Source: a virus
Reading direction: 5' to 3' (one strand)
Virus record (IMG/VR): IMGVR_UViG_3300010970_000172
Coordinates: 1-63,260 of that record
DNA: 63,260 nt
The first letter of the stretch is position 1, and every line of letters begins with the position of its first letter. The notes below the pieces were generated by a model. It did no database searches. It worked only from the letters and a program-made list of their open reading frames with translations, and was not told where the DNA came from. This document shows positions 54,535-62,536 of this stretch, piece after piece. The position numbers and the translations under genes are program-made.

Positions 54535-54735
54535 ATGGGCATACTTAAAAAACTTATTCGTAAGCAGAAAGCCAAGCAAGCGAATGAATACACTCAAGAG
54601 GAAAGGTGGAATGAATTTCTACTTAATTGTAGTGGCTTGTTATCTGAAAGACAAATTAAAAAAAGGGATGAATCAGTAAAAGAATTAATCAAATCAGTAG
54701 ATATACTTAAACAATGGGCAGACAATGGAAAATAA
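54535..54735 (+). CDS. Hypothetical protein, 66 aa
   Basis: Track ORF with the same junction cassette. Confidence 0.5.
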   Translation: MGILKKLIRKQKAKQANEYTQEERWNEFLLNCSGLLSERQIKKRDESVKELIKSVDILKQWADNGK

Positions 54736-54934
54736 ACAAACAGCAATAGATTGGCTTTTTAACCAAACAGAAACGAGGTTACTCAATCGTGACATTGATA
54801 TAACTTCATTATTTGAACAAGCCAAAGCAATGGAGAAAGAGCAGATAAGTAATGCCTATTTTCAAGGACTAATGGATGGAATGAATAATTCACCAAAACA
54901 ATACTACGAAGAAACTTATAACAATAAACAATAA
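54725..54934 (+). CDS. Hypothetical protein, 69 aa
   Basis: Track ORF. Confidence 0.5.
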   Translation: MENKQTAIDWLFNQTETRLLNRDIDITSLFEQAKAMEKEQISNAYFQGLMDGMNNSPKQYYEETYNNKQ

Positions 54935-55076
54935 TAAAAATGAAAGCACAATTTTACGTCACAAGACGATTCATCGAAGTATTACCAAGTGTTAGAGTAC
55001 GCTCAGGATTCTCTAAGATACCCACATCAATTACTTTTTCGTGGATTATTTTCTCACTAAGGATAACATTTTAACA

Positions 55077-55265
55077 ATGATAGCTAAGTTTAAATATAAA
55101 AGCAGCAAAGGTTGGGATATAAATATTTTTAATAAAAATATTATCATCGCAAAGTTCACATCACTTATGAATGTACCTGTTACTCTTTTGTTGGGAGTAA
55201 AGCCACACATTAAAGTCTTCGGATACTACATATTTATAGAAAAAGAATGGCAGAAGAAAAAATAG
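55077..55265 (+). CDS. Hypothetical protein, 62 aa from the MIAKFKY start
   Basis: Track ORF 55041..55265, trimmed to its ATG. Confidence 0.4.
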   Translation: MIAKFKYKSSKGWDINIFNKNIIIAKFTSLMNVPVTLLLGVKPHIKVFGYYIFIEKEWQKKK

Positions 55266-55480
55266 ATTACTATGCTGTAGCTATTGCTTGGGGAGAGAAG
55301 TACCTCGAAGATAATCTTGAATCAAAGTCCTGCTCCTATAAACAAGGAGAGGTTATGAACGATGATAGAAAGTTTGTTTCCGTATGTGTTGAAAGGCTCA
55401 AGTATAATTTTGGTAGAGAGAAGCAAGCGACATACAGAAGGCTTCGAGAATTTAAAATATTTATTGAAAAGAATAGGTAA
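55247..55480 (+). CDS. Hypothetical protein, 77 aa
   Basis: Track ORF. Confidence 0.5.
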   Translation: MAEEKIDYYAVAIAWGEKYLEDNLESKSCSYKQGEVMNDDRKFVSVCVERLKYNFGREKQATYRRLREFKIFIEKNR

Positions 55481-55484
55481 GTTC

Positions 55485-55516
55485 TTTGCTTTATTAAATA
55501 TTTTGAGTTAGTTTTA
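55485..55516 (+). promoter_or_regulatory. Promoter-like TTTG-N20-TAGTTTTA
   Basis: TTTG at 55485..55488 and TAGTTTTA at 55509..55516 (one mismatch to TAnnTTTG). Confidence 0.35.
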
Positions 55517-55522
55517 CATCAG

Positions 55523-55623
55523 ATTAAATGTCAAAGAATTTGCGTGTTAGTTTATAGTCGGTAAAACACCATCATTTGTAAGGGTTATGATGGAGAAATG
55601 GGAGTCCCATACACGCTTTTTTT
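55523..55623 (+). ncRNA. Candidate ~100-nt structured sRNA ending in a T7 run
   Basis: An outer stem GCGTGT (55542..55547) / ACACGC (55611..55616) encloses a 7-bp hairpin CCATCAT/ATGATGG and smaller hairpins, followed by TTTTTTT. It sits in a 340-bp ORF-poor gap. Confidence 0.25.
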
Positions 55624-55854
55624 AAATAAATTAGCCCGAAGTACAAGGGAACGAAGACAGGTTAAAGCATCCCATAAGAACTGCAACTCTCCAAAGCGTC
55701 GGTTGGCACAGTTAGAAGTTCTGGGGGTATTACAAAAACTTCACTTTACCCTCACTTTGTACCTTAAAAAGTATAAAATTGCCCTAAATGCGTAACATTA
55801 TACCCTAATGGGTATTAAAAGTTGCAAAAATTACAAGTTTTAAAACCAAACAAG

Positions 55855-56208
55855 ATGAAAAGATTACTCACAGACAAGGAGATGCGTTATATGATTTGCT
55901 ACTACGCAAAGTGTCAGTCCCTACGAGATTTTATTGATGAGAAAGTTGTTGCAAAAAACTTTCATTTCCAGAAGATTAAACAGCTTACGAATTTATTAAT
56001 CATTGAACTTGAGAAACAAGTTGATGTCATTATGAATGCTGAAGGTGGAGATAGTAAAGGGCTTGTTCTTGACCAATTCGTTAACGCTTCCATTCAAGCT
56101 GATCACCTATTCGACATTGCATTAAAGCTTGAGAGTTTGGATAATGATACCAAAATAGAATGTGCAACAAAAGTGTCTGATATATTTAAGTCTTATGGAG
56201 TCGAATAG
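55855..56208 (+). CDS. Hypothetical protein, 117 aa from the MKRLLT start
   Basis: Track ORF 55822..56208, trimmed to its ATG. Confidence 0.5.
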   Translation: MKRLLTDKEMRYMICYYAKCQSLRDFIDEKVVAKNFHFQKIKQLTNLLIIELEKQVDVIMNAEGGDSKGLVLDQFVNASIQADHLFDIALKLESLDNDTKIECATKVSDIFKSYGVE

Positions 56209-56578
56209 AGAAACAACAACATTTACTGATAGTATCGTATTCGATATCATCAAAGAGTTCGGAGAGCGGGCTAAAAAGGGTTACGAGAAGTACGGAACTG
56301 ATATGGATAGAACTGATTTGTCAGTTGCCGATTGGGCTCAACATTTACGAGAAGAGTTGATGGATGGGTTAGTATACCTTACTCGGCTTAAGAAAGATAT
56401 TATTTCTTTAGAAGAAGAACTGAATGCTCTTAAATCAGAAAAGAAATCCGAAGATGAAGATTTTGTGTTTGAACGGAAATCTGGCACAACATTTGTCTAT
56501 ACTATGATACCGAAACCAAACGATACTTACACCGATGAGGAGCCAGTTATCCGTAAACGATACGGTTTCCATCGGTAA
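56195..56578 (+). CDS. MazG-like or dNTP-pyrophosphohydrolase-like helical protein (tentative)
   Basis: KKGYEKYG...DWAQHLREELMDGLVYL resembles the all-alpha NTP-PPase pattern. Confidence 0.3.
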   Translation: MESNRETTTFTDSIVFDIIKEFGERAKKGYEKYGTDMDRTDLSVADWAQHLREELMDGLVYLTRLKKDIISLEEELNALKSEKKSEDEDFVFERKSGTTFVYTMIPKPNDTYTDEEPVIRKRYGFHR

Positions 56579-56623
56579 GATTTTTGATTGCCTATTACTT
56601 AATTTGTTTATGGTTGATTTGAT

Positions 56624-56657
56624 AAAGATACTCTGCTATGCGGGGTATCTTTTTTTT
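56624..56657 (+). terminator. Intrinsic terminator
   Basis: AAAGATAC-N13-GTATCTTT, with the T run continuing to 56657. Confidence 0.6.
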
Positions 56658-56678
56658 GAATAATATTTCATTAAATAT

Positions 56679-56709
56679 TTTGTATTATAAATCCTTTGTG
56701 TTACATTTG
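56679..56709 (+). promoter_or_regulatory. Bacteroidota-type promoter TTTG-N19-TACATTTG (SSB operon)
   Basis: TTTG at 56679..56682 and TACATTTG at 56702..56709. Confidence 0.55.
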
Positions 56710-56727
56710 CTAAAGATTAATAACAAA

Positions 56728-56907
56728 ATGAGAAAAATACGATACAGCGATTTGCTCTGCAAGGCAGAGGCTATTGCATCAGACCCCAAAAACAAAACTA
56801 TTACGGGCAGATTTAGGTCGTCCACACAAAGGAGATTATATAGGATGACTCGAAAGATTGCCTTCTTATCTCAATTTGAGAAACCAGTACAAGAGTCTAT
56901 TTATTAA
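56728..56907 (+). CDS. Hypothetical protein, 59 aa from the MRKIRY start
   Basis: Track ORF 56638..56907, trimmed because its N-terminus covers the terminator and promoter. Confidence 0.45.
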   Translation: MRKIRYSDLLCKAEAIASDPKNKTITGRFRSSTQRRLYRMTRKIAFLSQFEKPVQESIY

Positions 56908-56934
56908 TTTTTTATAACCAAATCAAACAATCCA

Positions 56935-57651
56935 ATGGCAAGATCAGATGCTTACAAGCAATCCATTCCAAGTCCAGTTAAAGCCTACTTATCGTGGTCT
57001 TCTAACGACAAATGTTTCACCTACTATGACAAAGAGAGTCAAAGTAACAAGAAGGTTACAGTCCCTCTTCAGTTCATCCATTGCGAAGAGTTCGCAAGTA
57101 TTCGTGGATTCCACGACAAGTCGCAGTCTTCAATTTGGTCGAACGAAATCAAAGATACTCGCAAGGAAGAGTTTTTTGTTCGTTCATTTAAATCGCAAGG
57201 AAATTTGGTTAGTGGTATTTATCAAAATATCAAGGCTGAAATCCAATCACTCGGAGGTCACTACAATCTTTCATTGTATGCAGTTATCGATGGGAAATTA
57301 TTAAACCTGTCTTTTAAAGGTGCAGTTCTTCAAGCTTGGTCTAACTTTGCTACAGAGAATCGTAAGAGGTTCTTGACTAACTATGTAGATATCGTAGGTG
57401 CTTCTGATGAGAAGAAGGGTTCTGTTAAGTATTCTATCCCTACATTCGCATTAGGCAAAGAAATTCCTGCAGATGTATCTAAGAATGCTGATGCTGTTTA
57501 TGATGAACTTACAGCTTATTTGTCTGCTCGTAAGGAAGGTAGCAATTCATCTGAGGAATTAGTTCACGCTGAACAAGAGCCTGAGCCTTTAGTTGCTCCT
57601 AAGTTTGACGATGCTATGTCAAAAGAAGATGTATCTGATCTCCCATTCTAA
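56935..57651 (+). CDS. ssb: Single-stranded DNA-binding protein (putative)
   Basis: The acidic C-terminal tail ends in EDVSDLPF, the SSB-type D-x-P-F tip. It lies in the replication/recombination module. Confidence 0.6.
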   Translation: MARSDAYKQSIPSPVKAYLSWSSNDKCFTYYDKESQSNKKVTVPLQFIHCEEFASIRGFHDKSQSSIWSNEIKDTRKEEFFVRSFKSQGNLVSGIYQNIKAEIQSLGGHYNLSLYAVIDGKLLNLSFKGAVLQAWSNFATENRKRFLTNYVDIVGASDEKKGSVKYSIPTFALGKEIPADVSKNADAVYDELTAYLSARKEGSNSSEELVHAEQEPEPLVAPKFDDAMSKEDVSDLPF

Positions 57652-57652
57652 T

Positions 57653-58123
57653 ATGAGTGAGTTAGTTCAACTTAAGCAATCCCCAATCGCCTCTGCAAAG
57701 AAAGCAGAGATGGTTGGGATGGTTAATCGCTATCTTGAGGAGTTAGCTTTTAACGGAGGTGAGCCTCTAAAAGACTTGGCTTTGTGTCGCAAATATATCT
57801 TCTTGTTAGAGGAACTTGAAAAGGGGCTGAAGTCATATGCAATGAACGAGATAAAGCAGTACGACAATGAAGAAGCAGAGGTATCTGATACGACATTGAA
57901 GGCTGTAGAAACGGGAGTTAAGTATGATTTTTCTGCATCAACAGCTTGGGTGTCTCAAAAGCAAGAGGTCGATAAAGCTACTGCAAAACTAAAGGAGATT
58001 GAAACTTTCGCTAAGGCTTGTAAGGGATTAACTACTATTGTAGATGATCAGACAGGCGAAGTTACAGAGTTCTATCCTCCTGTTAAGACAAGTTCAACAA
58101 CAATTCGTGTAACCCTTAAATAA
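57653..58123 (+). CDS. Hypothetical protein, 156 aa from the MSELVQ start
   Basis: Track ORF 57593..58123, trimmed. Confidence 0.5.
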   Translation: MSELVQLKQSPIASAKKAEMVGMVNRYLEELAFNGGEPLKDLALCRKYIFLLEELEKGLKSYAMNEIKQYDNEEAEVSDTTLKAVETGVKYDFSASTAWVSQKQEVDKATAKLKEIETFAKACKGLTTIVDDQTGEVTEFYPPVKTSSTTIRVTLK

Positions 58124-58233
58124 TATGAATACATCATTTAACAATGTGTGGTCACATATACATAATCAACTAACTCTTGCTCATCACATTAAGATTGAGC
58201 AAGCTAAATTAAAATTCAAATTAGAAAAGGAGT

Positions 58234-58458
58234 ATGAAGAAAGATTTAATAAAAAGAATAAGAACTGAACTTGGGATGACCCAAAGTCAGTTCGCTCAAG
58301 CATCAGGAATTAATTCATTCCAACAAGTTTCGGGATTAGAAGCTGGAAGAAGAAAGGTTGGTTTCACATTGCTTAATCGTATTATTTGTAACCTCGCATC
58401 AAATGGACATTTAGTTTCACTTGATATAAATGTAACTGTTAATGATAAAAAAATCTAA
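58234..58458 (+). CDS. XRE-family HTH transcriptional regulator
   Basis: IKRIRTELGMTQSQFAQASGINSFQQVSGLEAGRRKV. Confidence 0.7.
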   Translation: MKKDLIKRIRTELGMTQSQFAQASGINSFQQVSGLEAGRRKVGFTLLNRIICNLASNGHLVSLDINVTVNDKKI

Positions 58459-58684
58459 CATCGATGCGGATGTAAACTTGGAAAAGCTTGTGTACACAGA
58501 TGCAGAGGTTCAAGAAATGTTTGGATTCAATAAGTTCAAGATGCGACAAATACGAGGTAAGGGACTTATTGCATTCTTAAACACACGACCAATCAAGTAT
58601 ACTCGAAAGATGATTCGTGATTTCGTGAGTTATATAGATGCAAATCCAGAAGCAATAACAAATCAATTTCTTCTAAAAAAATGA
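58442..58684 (+). CDS. Possible MerR/excisionase-type HTH protein, 80 aa
   Basis: YTDAEVQEMFGFNKFKMRQIRGKGLIAF..KYTRKMIRDFV. Confidence 0.35.
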   Translation: MIKKSNIDADVNLEKLVYTDAEVQEMFGFNKFKMRQIRGKGLIAFLNTRPIKYTRKMIRDFVSYIDANPEAITNQFLLKK

Positions 58685-58881
58685 TAAACCCTAAAAATCT
58701 TAATCCATCACAAAGAGTAGATGAAATATTAGCACATTCAAATCGGTACGGAAGAATCGCTATTATTGACTACTTTATAACAGAACTATCTACGAATAGC
58801 AAACATAAAGATTTTTCTGATGAATGCTATTGGAAAGAGGTTCAAGAGGAGTTTATCTCAAGACTAAAGTATGACAACTGA
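58681..58881 (+). CDS. Hypothetical protein, 66 aa
   Basis: Track ORF. Confidence 0.5.
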   Translation: MINPKNLNPSQRVDEILAHSNRYGRIAIIDYFITELSTNSKHKDFSDECYWKEVQEEFISRLKYDN

Positions 58882-59290
58882 CCCAGCACACAACACAGAC
58901 GAAGCTATTGATAGATTTACGATTGAATGGGAGGGAGTAGACTTGTCCTTAAATAAGTGGTATGCAAATCGCCACTGGTCTTTCAGAAACAAAGAGAAAG
59001 ATTTTTGGGCAAGTCTATTCCTAAAGTTGCTCCCTAAGCGAACTAAAAAGGTAGACAAGTATATGATTACCCTTTACTTTAATAGTCGCTTAGATGCAAG
59101 CAATACCATCCCTATGGTCAAAATCCTTGAGGATACTATGAAGAAGGCTCATTATATTATTGATGACTCTAAGAAGTTCTGCAAAGGAATTGAAATCTAC
59201 CCTAACGAAACGATGGGTAAGAAAAATTATCAATTAGTATTTCATATTCTATCCTATGCCACCAAAGAAAGTAAAGCTTATCGCTCCTAA
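58871..59290 (+). CDS. RusA-like Holliday-junction resolvase (putative)
   Basis: LDASNTIPMVKILEDTMKKAHYIIDDSKKF fits the RusA D-x-x-N..K..D..DD pattern. Confidence 0.45.
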   Translation: MTTDPAHNTDEAIDRFTIEWEGVDLSLNKWYANRHWSFRNKEKDFWASLFLKLLPKRTKKVDKYMITLYFNSRLDASNTIPMVKILEDTMKKAHYIIDDSKKFCKGIEIYPNETMGKKNYQLVFHILSYATKESKAYRS

Positions 59291-59789
59291 CTTGTATCAA
59301 GAGAAACTATGTAGGCTGTTCGCTGAAAATGTTTTTCATACAAACGAGGATATGTATGTTAGGGTCAACAACAGGAACCCTTCAATAGTAAAAGAACAAA
59401 TTTATGCGGGCAAGATGGCTGAATACGCTGTCTACAATTTCTTAATAAAGAACTACGACAAGGTAACTCCTCCCGATATTATGATTTACGATGTCAGCAA
59501 GAAGAGTTATGATGCTGACCTTGTAGCAAGCGACAAGAGTGTCCACATTAAGTCGTGTACATCGGGGTCAAAGTATCCTGTTAGCTGGCTATTTCAGCCT
59601 ACTGATGGTATCACAAAGACTCCTAATGATACCGACATATTAGCACTTGTTATTTATGAGCAAGGGACTGAGTTCACTTGCTACTTTGTTAAGGCAATAG
59701 ATATGCTCGACAAGTACGAGAATCCAATCAAGGAGGAACTAATAAAGTTAGGCAAGAAGATGTTGTACGAGAAAACTATTTTACAATGA
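59256..59789 (+). CDS. Hypothetical protein, 177 aa; possible restriction-endonuclease-like fold
   Basis: GKMAEYAV ... IMIYD ... DADLVASDKSVHIKS is weakly PD-(D/E)XK-like. Its stop overlaps the start of the methyltransferase-like gene. Confidence 0.3.
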   Translation: MPPKKVKLIAPNLYQEKLCRLFAENVFHTNEDMYVRVNNRNPSIVKEQIYAGKMAEYAVYNFLIKNYDKVTPPDIMIYDVSKKSYDADLVASDKSVHIKSCTSGSKYPVSWLFQPTDGITKTPNDTDILALVIYEQGTEFTCYFVKAIDMLDKYENPIKEELIKLGKKMLYEKTILQ

Positions 59790-60409
59790 AAGTATTAGAA
59801 TTGTTTGCTGGTTCCCGTTCAATCGGTAAGGCGGCTGAGGAGTTAGGGATGGAAGTTTTCTCATCTGATCTATTACCATTTGATGGGATAGATTATGCTT
59901 GCGATATCAGAGAGTTTGATTTATCAAAGCTACCATTTGTCCCCGATGTAGTGTGGGCATCTCCGCCTTGTACTGCATTTTCTGTAGCTTCAATAGGTAG
60001 ACATTGGAAAGGTAGTACAAAAGGTAACTACACTCCTTATACTGATACGGCAAGGCTTGGCTTGGAGTTGCTTGATGCTACGATAAATTTAATTGAGCAG
60101 ATTAATCCCAAGTTTTTCTTTATTGAGAATCCACGAGGTTTAATGAGAAAGATGCCACAGCTTGCAAGCCTGTATCGGCATACAGTTACTTATTGCCAAT
60201 ATGGAGATATAAGGATGAAGCCTACGGATATTTGGCACAATCAAATCAATTATGAACCTAAGCCACATTGTAATAACGGTGACCCTTGCCACGTTTCTGC
60301 ACCAAGGGGTTCGCAGACAGGAACACAAGGATTAAAGGGTGCTTATAATAGAAGTAAGATTCCTCACGAGTTTTGCTTAGAGGTAATGCAATTTTGTAAA
60401 AACAACTAA
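59786..60409 (+). CDS. Short DNA (cytosine-5)-methyltransferase-like protein, 207 aa
   Basis: LELFAGSRS (motif I), ASPPCTAFS (motif IV), FIENPRG (motif VI). Confidence 0.65.
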   Translation: MKVLELFAGSRSIGKAAEELGMEVFSSDLLPFDGIDYACDIREFDLSKLPFVPDVVWASPPCTAFSVASIGRHWKGSTKGNYTPYTDTARLGLELLDATINLIEQINPKFFFIENPRGLMRKMPQLASLYRHTVTYCQYGDIRMKPTDIWHNQINYEPKPHCNNGDPCHVSAPRGSQTGTQGLKGAYNRSKIPHEFCLEVMQFCKNN

Positions 60410-60411
60410 TT

Positions 60412-60621
60412 ATGAAAAGGAAAGAATTTTTAATGTCTCTTGGGCTTATTGGCGTAGCACCAAAACTATTATCAAAAGATGTAGAATCTGCAAGTTTTAA
60501 TAATAATAAAGCGTTTAAGTCAAATGTAGTTACCTTGACAATCTACCAATGTGGAGGATTACAAGACATACTTGATAAAGATATGGTTTGGATAATGAAG
60601 TATAATAAGGAGACTGGCTAA
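60412..60621 (+). CDS. Signal-peptide protein, 69 aa, ending at a TAA that is followed by 64 in-frame stop-free codons (to 60816)
   Basis: MKRKEFLMSLGLIGVAPKLLS is an N-terminal signal-like sequence. See the finding on possible readthrough or a pseudogene. Confidence 0.45.
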   Translation: MKRKEFLMSLGLIGVAPKLLSKDVESASFNNNKAFKSNVVTLTIYQCGGLQDILDKDMVWIMKYNKETG

Positions 60622-60816
60622 TTTATTCCTGCAATAGAGGGGTACATTGAAAGTAATCTCATTACACTTGGAGGAATTGGTAAGATTGAGGTGGTAATTA
60701 TCCGCCAAATGCTTAGTATTAGCAATGATGATTCCATTCTGCTATACCATTCAAAAAGATTAGCTGACGATCATTATTACCGAAGAAGAATTTCTGTAGA
60801 TAGAATTGAAGGTTAA

Positions 60817-61095
60817 TTATTTTTTACCTCCACGAGCACGTTTGTCGCCCGCTGAATCTGATTTAGAGCCTCTGTTTACGGAGGCTTTTTTCATTACAAT
60901 ACCTTTACGAGTATGTGATGCATCCATACCATCTCCGTTACCATAAGTTCCTCTATCACGATTAACCTTAACTAACTCTGAACGCTTCGCCCGTTGCTCA
61001 GGCTTCTTGTTGAACTCTTTATTGTATGCATCTTTCTTCGCTTTAGCTTGAGGATTTGATGCGTAGTATTTTGCAGATGCGGATTTAGCAGCCAT
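60817..61095 (-). CDS. Small Lys/Arg-rich protein, 92 aa
   Basis: Track ORF, the last gene of the late arm. It contains GNGDGMDASH. Confidence 0.5.
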   Translation of the reverse strand: MAAKSASAKYYASNPQAKAKKDAYNKEFNKKPEQRAKRSELVKVNRDRGTYGNGDGMDASHTRKGIVMKKASVNRGSKSDSAGDKRARGGKK

Positions 61096-61107
61096 TGTTG
61101 ATAGTGT

Positions 61108-61572
61108 TTATTTTTGGTTATTGGCTATCTTCTTACACAGCTCAATAAAGTATTTTTGATTAAATGTCCACTTGGCAAAGTTAACATCTTTATGCAACAA
61201 TTGCACATTCCTTTTGACGTATCCTTTGTCGTTGTTGATTCTATCTATTGACACCATACCCTGATCAGAATCTTTGTTAAAGTCGAGTGGTAGACCCGAT
61301 AATGCACAAGCCTTACCTTGCTTAAGATAGATGCTCCAAATGTATTCTATTGTAATGCTCCACTCCCGATTTCGTATGACAGATTTTCTTTTCTTTTCCT
61401 CAAACCAACTCTTGGGGATTTCCTTGTAAAAACCTTTATGACTCTTACCCGACTTATTATTACAAGAGCGACAAAGTGTATTATTCTTTATCGCTCTATT
61501 GAGTTCTGCTTTTGTTGCGTAAGGCTGAACGCCTCCACAAGATTGACAATATTTTTTGAATTCGGGATTCAT
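61108..61572 (-). CDS. HNH-family homing endonuclease-like protein
   Basis: N-terminal CxxC..CxxC, CALSGLPL, and SIDRINNDKGYVKRNVQLLHKDVNFAKW (a phage HNH signature). Confidence 0.6.
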   Translation of the reverse strand: MNPEFKKYCQSCGGVQPYATKAELNRAIKNNTLCRSCNNKSGKSHKGFYKEIPKSWFEEKKRKSVIRNREWSITIEYIWSIYLKQGKACALSGLPLDFNKDSDQGMVSIDRINNDKGYVKRNVQLLHKDVNFAKWTFNQKYFIELCKKIANNQK

Positions 61573-61886
61573 TAAGAACCTTTAACCCATTTTTTAGAAG
61601 GTGATGCTGTCTTTGATGGACTCCATTTTACCTTATTAGCCCAATATGCAGCGGACATCTTGCCCTTTTCAATATTCTTTGCGTGTCTTGCCTTGAATGC
61701 TTCACGCTGACCAACAGTTTGATTTGTCTTAACGCCAGCTTGACCAAAACGGATTAACTTAACTTGCTCTCCTTCTTTAGCCAATACGACGTGTGACTTA
61801 CCATTGTGAGTATCTCTCTTTGGCTTATTTACGCCTTGTAAGTTATACTTATCAAGCTTTGCTTTTATTGAATCGCTACTTGCCAT
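61572..61886 (-). CDS. Small basic protein, 104 aa
   Basis: KPKRDTHNGKSHVVLAKEGEQVKLIRFGQ..FKARH resembles a small protein family I recall from marine phages and giant viruses. Confidence 0.5.
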   Translation of the reverse strand: MASSDSIKAKLDKYNLQGVNKPKRDTHNGKSHVVLAKEGEQVKLIRFGQAGVKTNQTVGQREAFKARHAKNIEKGKMSAAYWANKVKWSPSKTASPSKKWVKGS

Positions 61887-61887
61887 T

Positions 61888-62037
61888 TTACTTTTTCTTT
61901 TTTGCAGTCTTAGCTGCTTCCTTAAATTGCTTTGAGGTAGGAGCTCCCTTGCTACCTACCTTTCTCATTGTTTCACCAGAACCAGCTTCAATTCGTTTCC
62001 GTTTAGCGTGAATATTAGCGTATAGCCCATTCTTCAT
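61888..62037 (-). CDS. Small basic protein, 49 aa (below the track cutoff)
   Basis: Manual translation: MKNGLYANIHAKRKRIEAGSGETMRKVGSKGAPTSKQFKEAAKTAKKKK. Its stop is 1 nt from the next start. Confidence 0.4.
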   Translation of the reverse strand: MKNGLYANIHAKRKRIEAGSGETMRKVGSKGAPTSKQFKEAAKTAKKKK

Positions 62038-62043
62038 ACCTTT

Positions 62044-62508
62044 TTATTTAAAAGTTAACCTGTAAATAGTCTGATCTACCAATGCACTAATCTCATCCAA
62101 GATGTTTGTTAATGCAGAGTTTCCAATTACCAACATTCTTGCCTCACTCGAAATATAAGACTTAAATGACTCTAAGAATGTAACTGGTGCGTCTAATGTG
62201 TATGGCTTAACCTCCATATCGCAACCCATCATAATGCGTCCGTAGCATCCTTGATATGACTCAATAAACTTGTCCATTAATCCGTTGAATCCATCGTAGA
62301 ATTCTCCTAAAGCCTCGTGTTCTGCAAAAGAAGATGTTTGCCAATGAAATACCTTAGCTTGTGCTGATGCCTCAAGCATCTCACATAATAATTCTTCTTG
62401 TGGGTCTTCTCCATTCTCCTTACCTTCTGAAGACTGAGAGTAGTCGCTCATTAATGTTCCAAAAGCTGTAGCTCTTTTGGCTTTCTGGATTTCAATTAAA
62501 CTTGCCAT
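62044..62508 (-). CDS. Dps/ferritin-like four-helix-bundle protein
   Basis: KVFHWQTSSFAEHEALGEFYDGFNGLMDKFIES. The H-W, H-E, D-x3-E ligand pattern has the same His-to-Asp (15) and Asp-to-Glu (4) spacing as E. coli Dps. Confidence 0.55.
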   Translation of the reverse strand: MASLIEIQKAKRATAFGTLMSDYSQSSEGKENGEDPQEELLCEMLEASAQAKVFHWQTSSFAEHEALGEFYDGFNGLMDKFIESYQGCYGRIMMGCDMEVKPYTLDAPVTFLESFKSYISSEARMLVIGNSALTNILDEISALVDQTIYRLTFK

Positions 62509-62536
62509 AATATTTTTATTTTATCAAAGTTAATAC

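Noticed and set aside
55542-55616. tRNA gene (cloverleaf-like fold with a 6-bp closing stem)
   Set aside because: There is no GTTC/T-loop consensus. The would-be anticodon arm is 7 bp with an 11-nt loop. The D-arm lacks conserved positions and one acceptor pair is mismatched.
55598-55795. 65-aa track ORF in the 55481..55854 gap
   Set aside because: It starts inside the putative RNA 3' stem and T-run, has an Arg/Lys/Leu-rich product, and lacks the tight start/stop packing typical of genes in this genome.
58234-58684. XRE-type and excisionase-like HTH genes as evidence for a temperate lifestyle
   Set aside because: I recognised no integrase, recombinase or attachment site anywhere. Such HTH proteins are also common regulators in virulent phages.
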